Of a stretch of DNA of 64,000 bases, positions 1-15,704 are shown piece after piece. This stretch comes from Eledone cirrhosa (taxonomy: Eukaryota). Under the pieces are notes generated by a model, which searched no databases, was not told the origin of the DNA, and was given only the letters and a program-made list of their open reading frames with translations. Position 1 is the stretch's first letter, and each line of letters begins with the position of its first letter. The DNA is taken from the NCBI GenBank assembly GCA_964016885.1, contig OZ024742.1:152768001-152832000 (forward strand). The letters run 5' to 3'. A program made the translations under genes and the position numbers.

Positions 1-24
1 GGGCGTAAGCCCTTCCTCAGGTGA
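1..24 (-). ncRNA. Hammerhead ribozyme motif, truncated by window edge
   Basis: Minus strand TCAC-CTGAGGA-A-GGGC-TTAC-GCCC: core CUGANGA plus stem II; GAAA would lie outside the window. Confidence 0.6.
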
Positions 25-1567
25 GAAGTGTGTGGGAAGAGAGTTCAAAGGGTGTGTAGGGGAGTGGTGGAGAGACATATAGCGAAAAGGGGGTGGGAGG
101 AAACGGTGCGAATGAAATTAAAAATAAAAATAAAAATAAAGCATGATCAAAATAAACTGAAATTAAAAAGGGGTAAAATAGGTGGGGGAAAGGTGTGGGG
201 TATGTAGGGGTGGTGGCGGGTGGAGTGGGGAGATGGAGACGGGGTTTCCGAGCGGGGAGGGCTGAAGGTGGTGTGTGTGTGTAGGTGTACGTGTGTGTGT
301 ATATGAAAGCAAGGGTTGGGGGAAGAACGGGGTTGCATGTTCAGGAAGAGGTATGTGTGGGGTGGGGTGTAGGTCGGAGTGACTGTGTGTGTGTGGATAG
401 AGGGGTGGGGGGAGAGGAATCCGGAGGCTGAAGGTGTAAATATGTGGTGGAAAGCACGTGTGTGTGGGGTTTAAGCGTGTTGTGGGTGTAGGTGGCGTGT
501 GGGAGAAACATTTTTTTTGGGGGTGTGTGTGTGGCTGAGTTATATAGGTGATTCCCTAAGAGGATGTGGTTGAAATGTTGGTAAACTCCTATGATGTTAG
601 TAGATTCCACGGTGGTCAAGTTCCACATACGAGTATTCCATGAAGAGATGGTCGGAAGAGGAGAGATGTGGGGTGCGCGCGCAACAGGAAGTGGTCAAGA
701 AGGTGGGAGTGCTGTGTGTCTGTTTATGCTGGGAGGTGGTCAGAGGGCATAGCAGCAGCCGGGTCGAATGGTAAAGGGGCGAGGATGGGTAGGTGTGAAA
801 GTTGGAGTGAGGAGGGTGTGTGTGTGTATTAGTAGAGGTGTTAGTGGGATGAGTGAGTGTGGAGAAAGGGTGTGGGTGGAGCGGGGAGAGAAGGGTGTGG
901 GGGTCGATGGAGGGAGTGTGGTGTACTGGTGTGTTTGTAGTTTGATGAAGGGGGTGTTAGTGGGTGTTAGTATACGAGAGGTGGGGAAAGGGTTGAATGT
1001 AGGTGTGAGTGGGGGTTAGTGGTGGTAGGGTGTGTAGAGTTGGTGGTGTACGAGGGTGTGTGGGTACGTGTGGTGGTGTTGGGGGGTGTTAGTAATGTTA
1101 TTTGCGTGTGGGGTGGGTGGTGTAAGTGGGTGCGTGTGTTCGTGTGCTTGGTGTCAGGGGGTGTTAGTGATGTTAGTTGCGGGGTGGTGGGATGGAGGTG
1201 TGGGGGTGAGGGTTAGTGGTGATAGTAGCGTGTGTGTTTAGTGTGAGCGCGTGTATATATGTGCCGGTGGGTGTGTGCGTGTGATAAGAAGGGGGGGAGG
1301 GATGTTAGTATGTTAGTTGGGGAAGGGTGGTCGGATGAGGGGTGGAGTGGAGGTGTTAGTATTGTTAGTTGTGGGGTGGGCGGTGAAATGGAGGGGTGTG
1401 TTAGTGGTGTTAGTGGGGGATATGTATGGGGATAGGGGGCGGTCGAAGGCTAAAGGAATAAGGGTGGGGAGTTCAGGCTGGGGGGAGTGTGGGTCTGTAA
1501 GATGAAGATGGTTCTTTGTTCGACTCTGAGGAGATTGGCGGGTGTTCCGTGGCATTGGAGTAGGCGT
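1..1567 (-). mobile_element. 3' end of a Penelope-like element: GIY-YIG C-terminus, C/A-rich 3' UTR and pLTR running off the window
   Basis: Minus strand 1566->1450 reads RLLQCHGTPANLLRVEQRTIFILQTHTPPSLNSPPLFL*, resembling the E-x-x-x-I-F-x-L-x-T-x-x-P-x-x-L-N end of PLE endonucleases. HHR core at 1-24. 5'-truncated into (TA)n at 1568. Confidence 0.7.
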
Positions 1568-1632
1568 ATATATAAATATACATATATAAATATATATATA
1601 TAAATATATTATAAATCTATATATATATATAA

Positions 1633-2110
1633 AGATTGATAAAGTGGTAGTCTACCACTATATCAATTTTTTAAGCTAACTCCAACAATAACAACACTTA
1701 GAATGGGGAATGTTCTAACAACTGACCAACGAGAGGAGAAGAGGCCCTTTGACACTGAAATTCGTTTGTTTGAATTCATATGATTCCAGTTCCTCAGTGA
1801 AATAACAACCCAACCAGGAACTGGGCATATCAGAGTGTTGACAATATTATACACCTCAACAACATATGTACTTGTCTATACCACACTAATTCGGACTGCC
1901 TGAAGAGGTCACAGCCAAAGATGGCTGTCACTGAAATATATATAGCAGCAATAAACGAAGCTAAATTTTAAACATTTGACTTTTTATTTAACTTTATTTT
2001 AAAATACTCCGGAGTAACCAAACCAACCTGCGCACTTCGTCGAGTGCTCCAGCCTGCATACTGAGGTGTTGGTATACAACCAACATATACTCAAAAGCTA
2101 TACTCAAAAT
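1633..2110 (+). mobile_element. Solo pLTR-like fragment between (TA)n tracts
   Basis: HHR followed by AATAAA; 16-bp fold-back at its 5' end (1635-1667); flanked by TA runs. Confidence 0.6.
1895..1948 (+). ncRNA. Type I minimal hammerhead ribozyme motif
   Basis: CTGC-CTGAAGA-G-GTCACAGCC-aaagat-GGCTGTCAC-T-GAAA-TATATA-TA-GCAG; stem I CTGC/GCAG, palindromic stem III. Confidence 0.75.
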
Positions 2111-2129
2111 CTATAATATATATATATAT

Positions 2130-3253
<1,124 letters not shown>

Positions 3254-5494
3254 CAGTATAACTGACCATCAACCACTAAGAGGATATATTTAATTCTATG
3301 TATCATAGTTTCATATTGGAAGTTATAAGCGAAATTAGAACTAAAAATTACAATTTAAAATCGGAAATCCTAAATCAAGTATCAGAAATTATAAATTAAA
3401 AAATTAACAATTAGAAATTAATGAATTAAAGATTTTTCAAGTGAGAATCCGGATTGAGGTGAGTAAAAAAAAAATAGAGATTGAAGTGAGTAAATAATAT
3501 GCAGAGAGATGTTTAAGTAAGAAGTTCTGAAAGGGGTCCTATTGTTACACTATCTACATACTGAACGATGGTGCCGTACAGTAGAACTGAGGGTAAATTG
3601 CAGTATTACGGGTAGTAGTCAATCGCGTACATAGTCGTAATTTCGATCACATGGAACAAAATCAACAAAAACATATATAAAGTACACAAAAGAAAAGAAC
3701 CAATGAATGAATAAATGAATGAATGAATGAATGAATGAATGAATGAATGCAAAAACACAGAGTACATATATTCCAAAATGATCCATATTATTGTCAATTT
3801 GTCCATGTATAGGTTGAATTGAGGGGGCTTCTATTCAAATGCGATTTGGTGCAGAAAAATAGGAGTTTATCTTTGTTTCCTCGTATTTATCCTGCCGAAA
3901 GTTATTATTATGTCCGTCCAGTGTCAGGGGTTTCCATCCAATGGTAGGGGGAATTTCCAGGGGTAGTTCATGGTTGGTTCCTCTCTTCTCCACCATATCG
4001 GTTACATCTAGAGCGCTCAACTAGTTGGAGCTATATTCTTAGGGTAAACATTGATGCAATTCAAATCAAGCACTAAACGTACTTATTGCACATAGGAGTG
4101 ACGGAGTAAATATCGAATAAGGAAAAGCGAAGTAGTTTCAGATGTTCAAGTCCTTTAATAATAATGCTGTGATATATATTTCAATGGCGAAAGTGGCCAC
4201 ACTGTTCTGTGGGCCAGTCTCGCGACATCGTCAGACAGTTTGTTACGTAATAAGGTTATTTTTCCGTGGCAATCCAAATTGAATCGACATGGGAACGGAC
4301 GAAGTATGTGCTTTTGTGTTCTTCATCCGTTTCCCTGTGAGTACCATTTCACGCCCACTGGTCTGCGCATGCGCAGGTCCAGGGGGAAGTTGACCATCAG
4401 CTACCGCAGATTTAAACGAAATTCGCATAGTCAGTTACCTCACTCAGCCAGACAATGGCCAATTCAAGCCGGCACCATAATTTACTGCTACCCATCCCAT
4501 CTGTGGGACTCAGCCGAAAGCCAGTGGGGATGGGAGAGTGTTAGTATTCACAGGTCTATTTACTACCTCTCACAATCATGGACAGTATAACTGACCATCA
4601 ACCCCTAAGAGGATATATTTAATTCAATGTATCATAGTTTCATATTGGAAGTTATAAGTGAAATTAGAACTAGAAATTACAATTTAAAATCGGAAATCCT
4701 GAATCAAGTATCAGAAATTATAAATTAAAAAATTAACAAGTAGAAATTAAACAATTAAAGATTTTTCAAGTGAGAATCCGGATTGAGGTGAGTAAAAAAA
4801 TGTAGAGATTGAAGTGAGTAAATAATATGCAGAGAGATGTTTAAGTAAGAAGTCCGGAAAGGGGTCCTAATGTTACACTATCTACATACTGAACGATGGT
4901 GCCGTACAGTAGAACTGAGGGTAAATTACAGTATTACGGGTAGTAGTCAATCGCGTACATAGTCGTAATTTCCATCACATGGAACAAAATCAACAAAAAC
5001 ATATATAAAATACACAAAAGAAAAGAACCAATGAATGAATAAATGAATGAATGAATGAATGAATGAATGAATGAATGCAAAAACTCAGAGTACATATATT
5101 CCAAAATGATCCATATTATTGTCAATTTGTCCATGTATAGGTTGAATTGAGGGGGCTTCTATTCAAATGCGATTTGGTGCAGAAAAATAGGGGTTTATCT
5201 TTGTTTCCTCGTATTTATCCTGCCGAACGTTATTATTATGTCCGTCCAGTGTCAGGGGTTTCCATCCCATGGTAGAGGGATTTTCCAGGGGTAGTTCATG
5301 GTTGGTTCCTCTCTTCTCCACCATATAGGTTACATCATAAAGCGCTCAACTAGTTGGAGCTAAATTGTTAGGGTGAAAATTGATGCAATTCAAATCAAGC
5401 ACTCAACGTACTTATTGCACATAGGAGTGACGGAGTAAATATCGAATAAGGAAAAAAGAAGTAGTTTCAGATGTTCAAGTCCTTTAATAATAAT
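3254..5494 (-). mobile_element. Partial tandem (~1.7 units of ~1329 bp) non-coding HHR element
   Basis: Direct repeats 3254-4165 and 4583-5494 (near-identical 66-aa ORFs at 3606 and 4934, offset 1328); HHR at the unit junction; no RT/EN motif seen. Confidence 0.75.
4167..4238 (-). ncRNA. Type I hammerhead motif with extended stem II
   Basis: CTGT-CTGACGA-TGTCGCGAgacTGGCCcacagaacagtgtGGCCActtTCGCCATT-GAAA-TATATA-TC-ACAG. Confidence 0.75.
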
Positions 5495-5550
<56 letters not shown>

Positions 5551-6632
5551 TATACAGAGCGGTTGCCGGCCAAGCAGAAATTGAAAATTCGTTGAATTCT
5601 TCAGAAAGATCTCGAGAAATATCACCTGAATGATCCCGTGTTGTGAGAATGCCTGGATAGAATTTTCTGAACCATGTATTACGCACGAATATGGACACAC
5701 CAGCCAAACAAGAGAAATAAATTAGGTCCGGAAATGTGGTTCCCATCGTGTAGATGAACAGCACTTATCACTTCTTAAACAAAAAAATAAAAATAAAACT
5801 ACAAAAAATAACAAAAAACAAAACTAATGCAAATGATGTTTTTACTGATATTATCATAACGCAAAATAATAATCTATTATTCGTGGCCATTGAGTTTACT
5901 TACAAAATATATTGACGGATGAGATACACGTTGAAGTAGCTAAAATCGCATTGCTGCATTATAATAACTACGTGATATATTCTGAAGTATAGGAGACACG
6001 CCTTGCATTTTATTTTAAAAATCACTACATTTTGTCACAAAGAAAGTGTGCTAAAGGAGCTGCGTGTTGTTTTTAATACAAACATAATAGACGAAAACAA
6101 AAAAATTGAAATTAATAACAAGGATTAGGAGGGCATAACGAAAACTTACGACGGAAAATAACATCATAGATAATACTAATGTTAAAGAGACACACGAGAA
6201 ACTTGAAATTGCTTTTCAATGGCAGCATTTATAAATCGGGGGACATTAGTAAAATTGTGTTAGGGGAAAAAACACAAATAAACAAACTCTTGGCCATATT
6301 TGTCTTCAAGTGGTTTTGCAAATATATTTACCATTTATATTGAGTATATTTTAACTTAGACATAAGTAACTGTTATCCTCTAGAGATTTTAGGAAACGTA
6401 CACATCGCCGGGTTTACGATATACGGAAACATTGTTTCATAGCTACACACCTTTCTATGCAAACGGCACACACAGACAGACACATAGACTCAGACACCCC
6501 TACACACGCACAAATACATACACAGAGTATGTATGTATTTATCTATAAAAATCGAACTTATATGAATATACTGGCATAGTTTCCTCATCCTATACATATA
6601 TACCTACATATACATATGTGTGTATGTATCTA

Positions 6633-6666
<34 letters not shown>

Positions 6667-6787
6667 GTATATATATATAATGTATATATAATATAATAAT
6701 ATATATAGTGTATATATAATATATATATATACATATATATATATAATATATGTAGTGTATATATAATATATATATATACATATATAT

Positions 6788-7447
6788 ATATGAAAGACGT
6801 AAATATAATTGTTCTGCATCCCCTTGCATAGAACCACAAAGTTACTAAGACAAAACATATATATTTGCTTATATAGGTATGCATCTGTATACATATGTCG
6901 GTAGATATATTAATTCTTTATAATTATCTCCAAATTATTTGTTGAGCAAAATTTGCCGAAATTACTACTGTGATTAATAATAATGGCTAGGCTCTGTCTT
7001 AATAGCACCCCCACTCCTAGCTGATTAACCTCAGTGTCACGTGATTGATTCTTTTGAATTTGCCACTTGACCAAGAAGGCAGTGCATTTTTCAATGTCTT
7101 GGAATCTAGCCCCGCTCGCTTTTTTCCATCCACTGAATTATTTTTATATAAGTTCCCAGTGTCCCCGCATTGCCTGGAAGCTTAGCTGAGAATAGACTCC
7201 CTGATGACGTAAGGCTTCTCTATGGGTACACTCCGAAACCATATTTATACCCTTACAGAAACTAATTAGTTGGAGTGAAATTTTAGTAAGTAAGTCAATT
7301 TTCATAACTTTCTTATTTACGTCTTTCATATAATTGTTCTGCATCCCCTTGCATAGAACCACAAATTTACTAAGACAAAACATATATATTTGCTAACATA
7401 GGTATGCATCTGTATACATATGTCGGTAGATATATTAATTCTTTATA
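6788..7447. repeat. Insert with ~120-bp direct terminal repeats (6803-6922, 7328-7447) and a short inverted end, probably PLE-derived
   Basis: Direct repeat seen; ATATGAAAGACGTAAAT (6788) is the reverse complement of 7315-7331; TA flanks. Confidence 0.55.
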
Positions 7448-7489
7448 CATATATATATATATATATATATAATATATAGTGTATATATA

Positions 7490-7522
<33 letters not shown>

Positions 7523-7577
7523 ATGTATATAGTGCATATATAATATATGTATATACAATGTATGTAGTGTATATATA

Positions 7578-7741
<164 letters not shown>

Positions 7742-7795
7742 GTGGATTTTAGTCTTCACATTTATTATTATTACTATATATATATATATATATAT

Positions 7796-8625
7796 AGGTT
7801 TTTTTCTACGCGCTCATATATTCACCCAGCTTATGCTGACAGAATAACTAAGAAGCTTGTGCCCTTTATATCTACGGTTAGCTTTCCTCTTTGTTGTTAC
7901 TTGTCTCACTCGCTTTACGCGTTTTAATTGTCTTAATAACTTAATTTAGTTATTATTGCACCAACGTGAGGTATATGATGCTTAATGCAATGAAATATCT
8001 ATGATCGTTGGCAAATCACTGATGAGGGACTCATTTTTTAACATGTTATCCATGTGCAACCTGCAGTATTCTTCTCCCCATTTTTTCACATATATTTACC
8101 TAAACTGCGATTCTATTTTTCTCTCTCTCTCTCTTACTGCTCCCTCGTTCTCTCTGTTTCTCTTACTTTCTTTCGCTCCCTCTGTCATGTCAGTTAACAC
8201 TTTCTCTCTACTGACCTCTTCCTCACACTTCCACTCACTCACTCACTGTTTCTCCCCTTCTCACTTCACACCGTTCGCGACGAAAACAAATTCCTTCTTT
8301 CTTACATTTGGACTCATCTCGAAAGGTCTTTTTTCTACGCGTTCATATATTCACCCAGCATATGCTGACAGAATAACTAAGTAGCTTGTGTCCTTCCTAT
8401 CTACGGTTAGCTTTCCTCTTTGTTGTTACTTGTCTCACTCGCTTTACGCATTTTAATTGTCCTAATAACTTAATTTAGTTATTATTGCACCGACGTGAGG
8501 TATATGATTTTTAATGCAATGAAATATCTATGATCGTTGGCAAATCACTGATGAGGGACTCATTTTATAACATGTTAACCATGTGCAACCTGCAGTATTC
8601 TTCTCCCCATTTTTTCACATATATG
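7796..8625 (+). mobile_element. PLE remnant: pLTR - degenerate GIY-YIG C-terminus - pLTR
   Basis: ~300-bp direct repeats 7796-8095 and 8324-8625; spacer translates ...SHFHSLTHC...KTNSFFLTFGLISKGL, like an eroded EN end. Confidence 0.55.
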
Positions 8626-8640
8626 TATATATATATAGTG

Positions 8641-8711
<71 letters not shown>

Positions 8712-8731
8712 CACACATAGATATATATACA

Positions 8732-8797
<66 letters not shown>

Positions 8798-8824
8798 GAT
8801 GTTAGTCTTCACATTTATTATTAT

Positions 8825-8993
<169 letters not shown>

Positions 8994-8994
8994 C

Positions 8995-9065
<71 letters not shown>

Positions 9066-9073
9066 CATATATA

Positions 9074-9236
9074 TAGTAATAATAATAAATTTGAAGACTA
9101 AAATCCACAGAGGGTTCGATAAGGATAAATATATATCAAATATATGAGAAACGTAGAGCAAATATTTGAAGATCCCGTTAAGGGTGTAAGCAGCGATTAT
9201 TTGCTTACACTTTAATCTGCTATTTTAATAAATATA
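9074..9236. repeat. Small dispersed terminal-repeat family (pieces also at 7742-7778, 8795-8830, 11083-11150, 13968-14040, 36033-36189)
   Basis: Shared blocks TAGTAATAATAATAAATTTGAAGACTAAAATCCA and GAAGATCCCGTTAAGGGTGAAAGCAGCGATT in both orientations, always abutting (TA)n. Confidence 0.7.
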
Positions 9237-9284
9237 CATATATATATACACATATATATACTTATATATATGCATATATATATA

Positions 9285-10790
9285 GGCTCCTTATCGGTCG
9301 AGCAACCACCTAAACATGCGGTACTACTATGGAAAAGCCTTACATAGGTATGTCCCTAAAGAACATTCCAATACCTCGGAGAAAGGATTATACTCTCGGG
9401 ATGATACAGCGAACCAACGACTTTATACGCAGAGTTAGATGGAAAACTTTCCATTTCGACAAAGGACGTAATGGTCGCACCGGGGAATAGAACAAAGAAA
9501 CATACGGCTTCAAATCGTGTAAAAAACCACCTACCAACCCTCAACTGGATGCCTTTGAACAGGACTTACTGAAGATGATTATGAATATCAAATTCAAAAA
9601 GCGGAGGAATAATAAACTCCAGAATGACATAAATACATTCCTAAAAAAGCTGCGAACCACCAATGGAATTATTGTCAAAGCGGACAAAACATCAAATGTG
9701 TATACGATGGATGTTAATACATACAATAGCTTCATACGGAAGGAATTACATAGGAAATACAAAAAAAACAAATGAGGCGGCATTGATTAACATCAACAAC
9801 GAGGCACACAATATAGTCAAACACCTATGAATAGACGACAGAACGGAGCCACTTAGGCCATGACCCCCACATTTAACCTGAAAGACCACAAGGTAAATTT
9901 TGATTATAACCCCACATTTAGACTTATATGCCCGTCCAAATCAGACATCGGAAAAATTAGTAAACATATATTAGACAGAGTGATAGCACAAATGAAGAAT
10001 AAACTAGTGATTAAACTATGAGGTAACGCCTCCGAAAAATTAAGTGGGTTAACAATATAGCTAACAAAGATGTATCTAAATTTATACAATTTGGCATTAA
10101 CGATTATTACTCATCTATATCCCCCAACACCTTGGATAAAGCCTTAGCATTTGCCAAAGAGAGATAAAAATCATATTAGCTGCTAGGAAAACAATAATTA
10201 AATTTGAAAACGCCCATTGGGAACGTAAGGATAGATTAAATAACTTTGACATCAAGATGGGGGCTAACGACTCGGCTCAAGTCACAGATTTAGTAGGTAT
10301 TTACATAGCCCATAGTTTACAAAGTGAGTTTAACGACCTTCACGGTGGAATCTACAGAGACGACGCCCTTCTCGTAGTTAAGAACCTAAATAACCAGAGC
10401 ATAGATAGACTCCGTAAGAATATTAGAAAGACCCTCGGAAAACTAGGCCTTAGCATGACGTATGAGTATAGCACTAAAACAGTTAACTTTCTAAACCTGA
10501 CGCTTAACCTAAATACGGGACTTATAAGAGCTTTTCACAAGATTAATGAAAACTTAGCATACATCAACTGTAACTCAAACCACCCACTATCCATAATTAA
10601 ATCCATTCCACGCAGCTTATCCCTGAGGATCTCCCGCCTCTCGGCTAACCGACAAATCTTCGAAGAACATGCAGAATACTACAATACCACATTAGACAAG
10701 TCAGGCCACTTAGATAGAGAAGAATATATAGATGAAAGCCTCCGTGAAGCGCACACGAACACGCATAACACAAACTCCGGCATTGTTCTC
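9285..10790 (+). pseudogene. Degraded PLE reverse transcriptase, YRDD-type clade (possibly Naiad-like)
   Basis: [66 protein letters not shown]; several stops/frameshifts; EN absent. Confidence 0.9.
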
Positions 10791-11149
10791 CACGGTCCAC
10801 ATATAACGTATTATCTTCGTTTTTTTCGTTCTTTGCCAGAGAACGTCTCTATGAACCATCTAAGAGAACATTAGTCTACGACCTCTTTTATACCATAAAC
10901 GTGGTTCTGTCTTTACGGGGTAATTGTTTTTCACCGCTCCTTAATGATGTATTATATTTGTTTTTTGCCGTTCTTTACCAGCGAAAGTTTCCACGAACCA
11001 AAGTATCGTCTTCCTGTCTTCCTCCGGTTGCAACGTTTTTTGAAATATCCACTTCTGCGTTTACAGATTGACTTTGTTGGTTTCAGAAGATCCCGTTAAG
11101 GGTGAAAGCAGCGATTCTTTGCTTAAACTTTAATCTGTTATTTTAATAA

Positions 11150-11150
<1 letters not shown>
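10780..11150 (+). repeat. pLTR-like segment capping the RT remnant
   Basis: 10782-10898 is the reverse complement of 29808-29922; ends in the 9074-family block, then (TA)n. Confidence 0.55.
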
Positions 11151-11204
<54 letters not shown>

Positions 11205-11205
11205 C

Positions 11206-11299
<94 letters not shown>

Positions 11300-11314
11300 G
11301 TATATATATGTATA

Positions 11315-11345
<31 letters not shown>

Positions 11346-11389
11346 GATAAAAAACACAAGAGCGTCTACAACATCAAAAGATTTTTATT

Positions 11390-11436
11390 GGCTTACAATG
11401 TTTCTTCCTTACGTAACCGTAGGATTCGTCAGAGCT
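11390..11436 (-). ncRNA. Type I hammerhead motif (partner copy 12276-12322 has GAAA>TAAA)
   Basis: AGCT-CTGACGA-A-TCCTACG-gtta-CGTAAGGA-A-GAAA-CATTG-TA-AGCC-AATAAA. Confidence 0.7.
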
Positions 11437-11777
11437 ATAAAAGGGGTTTGATTGGTGTATGGACTCTACCAACCAAACACCAAGAACAAAGAGTAAAGAT
11501 AGTAAAGAGCAAAAGTAGGGGACAACAAGTCTAATTTTGGTGCGGGAGGGTGGGTGTGGTTCCTTGTTTACTAGCTGCGGTCATATTCATTCCCGGGAGT
11601 AGAGTGGTTAGCTGAACCATAGATGGGTTGGCGTCGATAGTATGGTGCAGAGGGTGTGCAGAGGCCACACAGACACAAAGGGCATACAATATATATATAT
11701 ATATATATATGTAACGGAGGAGAAAGTACATGAGGTTATTAGAAATGGAAAAAGAGTAATAATAATAATCTATAATT

Positions 11778-11872
11778 AATTGTTTCTATTTTAGGCACAA
11801 GGCCGCAATTATCCAGTACATTACTGGTACTTTATTTTATCGACCCCGTAAGGATGAAAGGCAAAGTTAACA
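11778..11872 (-). mobile_element. SINE 3' fragment (Nin/Deu-type central domain)
   Basis: Reverse complement of AACTTTGCCTTTCATCCTTACGGGGTCGATAAAATAAAGTACC, matching copies at 31.7 and 63.4 kb. Confidence 0.75.
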
Positions 11873-12463
11873 AGGCATGGGGAAGATTACACTATAATAA
11901 GGTATAAAAGTAAGAATAAGGTAAAATATAAAGGAGGATAAAAGTGAAAATAATAAAGATAAAAGATATATATGTAAAAAAATATATAGAGAATATATAA
12001 AGAAATATAAGCGAGTATTTGAAGGGGAAAACACGATGTAAAAAAACCGATTTTTTCAAATAAAAATAAATAATTATAATTATGGGGGGAGAAAACGGGA
12101 TAGAGGAATGAATAGGGAATGAATATGACCGCAGCTAGTAAACAAGGACCCACACCCCACCCTCCCGCACCAAAATTAGACTTATCGTCCCCTGCTTTTG
12201 CTCTTTACACTCTTTACTCTTTGTTCTTGAATGTTTGGTTGGTAGAGTCCATAACACCAATCAAACCCCTTTTATAGCTCTGACGAATGCTAAAGTTACG
12301 TAAGGAATAAACATTGTAAGCCAATAAAATTCTTTTGATGTTGTAGACGCTCTTGTGTTCTTTATCATATATACGGCTCTGCTCCAAAGCATAGAGCTAA
12401 TTATTATGCTGCCAATACCTTAATGGGACACGGGTATACAATACCTAACTCCTATTAACCTAA

Positions 12464-12513
<50 letters not shown>

Positions 12514-12630
12514 ATATATATGTAAATATGTATATATGTATATATATGTATATATATATGTATATATATGTATTTGTATATATATATATTTATATATATA
12601 TATATTTATATAAATTAATTGTCTCTGGAT

Positions 12631-12692
12631 GTTTACTGAGGAGAGCGGGACAAGATATTCCTACACTTATTTAACTCGAAATATATTTGGAT
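12631..12692 (+). ncRNA. Candidate minimal hammerhead motif
   Basis: GTTTA-CTGAGGA-GAG-(29 nt)-CTC-GAAA-TATA-TT-TGGAT; stem I is wobble-rich. Confidence 0.45.
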
Positions 12693-12999
12693 CTTAAAGT
12701 CTAAACTTATCTACGGAACAGGTTTGATTTTGAAATTTAAATGTGTCTAAACATCACGGCCTTTTGGCAACACAGTTCGTCTCCGTTGATTTATTATTTT
12801 AAATCGATATGGACAAACTGTAGTATAATAATTAGTATACTTCAATCTGGCTAAATTTTTCTTTTGCAATATATATACAGATGTGTTGGTATCTGTGTTT
12901 CATCACATACATATTAATTTATACTCTGCTCAGGGGATATTTTTCCTCATTCGAGCTGATTCCATTGTAAAAGAATTCATTACCTTATTAATATTAATA

Positions 13000-14715
<1,716 letters not shown>

Positions 14716-15088
14716 TTATATAGATATATAGATATATATACATTTATATATATATATATATATATATACATATATATATACATATTTATATATATACATA
14801 TAAATATATATATACATAAATATATATATAAATACATATATATATATATACATATATATATACATATATATATATATATGCATATATATATACATATATA
14901 TATACATATATATATACATATACATATATATATACACATATATATATATATACATATGTATATATACATATATATATACATATATATATACATATATATA
15001 TACAAATATATATACATATAAACAAGGTTTAGCAAATAATGAAAAGTTTCAAAATAAATTTTAAAAATTGACTTTACCTACTATAGTT

Positions 15089-15172
15089 ACCTTTACCGAT
15101 CGATTTCGAATCCCCAAAATAAAACGGAGACCATACGGCCTTCGTTGCAAAGAAAGATTCTCGTCAGAAGGT
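15089..15172 (-). ncRNA. Hammerhead motif with ~40-nt stem II loop
   Basis: ACCTT-CTGACGA-GAATC-(~43 nt)-GATTC-GAAA-TCGA-TC-ggta-AAGGT; stem I is offset by 4 nt. Confidence 0.6.
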
Positions 15173-15704
15173 TCTTTTCTTTCAAAGAATATAAAATTCC
15201 TGAATTTAAATCACAAACTAGCGCTATCAAAACTGTTCCTGGATGAGAGTGGATGAAGAAACAGGTTTATCAAGGTCGTAGCAAAGATAGAGGCAAAAGG
15301 AGGTAGGTCAAACAAGCCACAGCAATTGCTAGCAGCAGTCAGAACGACCAATTTTGTTCTCAACATTAGTGGAGGTAGTAGTAATAGGGTATACGTTCCT
15401 TCACGCACAAGGCGCCCAGGTACGCATGTAGTGTCCAACCAAATGCCAGTGTGGTTCAATGGCGGCTTAATAAATTAACGAGCCAGAACAAATATAAACA
15501 AGGTTTAGCAAATAATGAAAAACTTTCAAAATATATTTGTAATATGGTTCAAAATTTTACTTACTTCCTTAGCAATTAGCACTTGATAATTTTGTACTTG
15601 ATGATTTTACGCGATTATTTTCCTATGATTTAATCTATGTACACTCCATATTCTTCTGAGTTTTCGGCTTGTATTGGCTGATAGTGCTTCTTACAGCTTT
15701 AATT

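Larger units (their letters stand above)
11342..12372. mobile_element. Inverted pLTR pair (11342-11594 / 12114-12372)
   Basis: ~250-bp diverged inverted arms, each with an HHR motif and AATAAA; spacer holds a TA run and a SINE piece. Confidence 0.8.

Noticed and set aside
768-1505. G/V-rich ORFs on the plus strand
   Set aside because: Antisense of the C/A-rich 3' UTR of a PLE; low complexity.
7200-7250. CTGATGA...GAAA hammerhead-like spacing
   Set aside because: No convincing stem I or II pairing.
11083-11115. CAGAAGA-TCCC-gttaa-GGGT-GAAA hammerhead-like motif
   Set aside because: U4 altered and no cleavage triplet or stem I; may be a relic, not called as a ribozyme.
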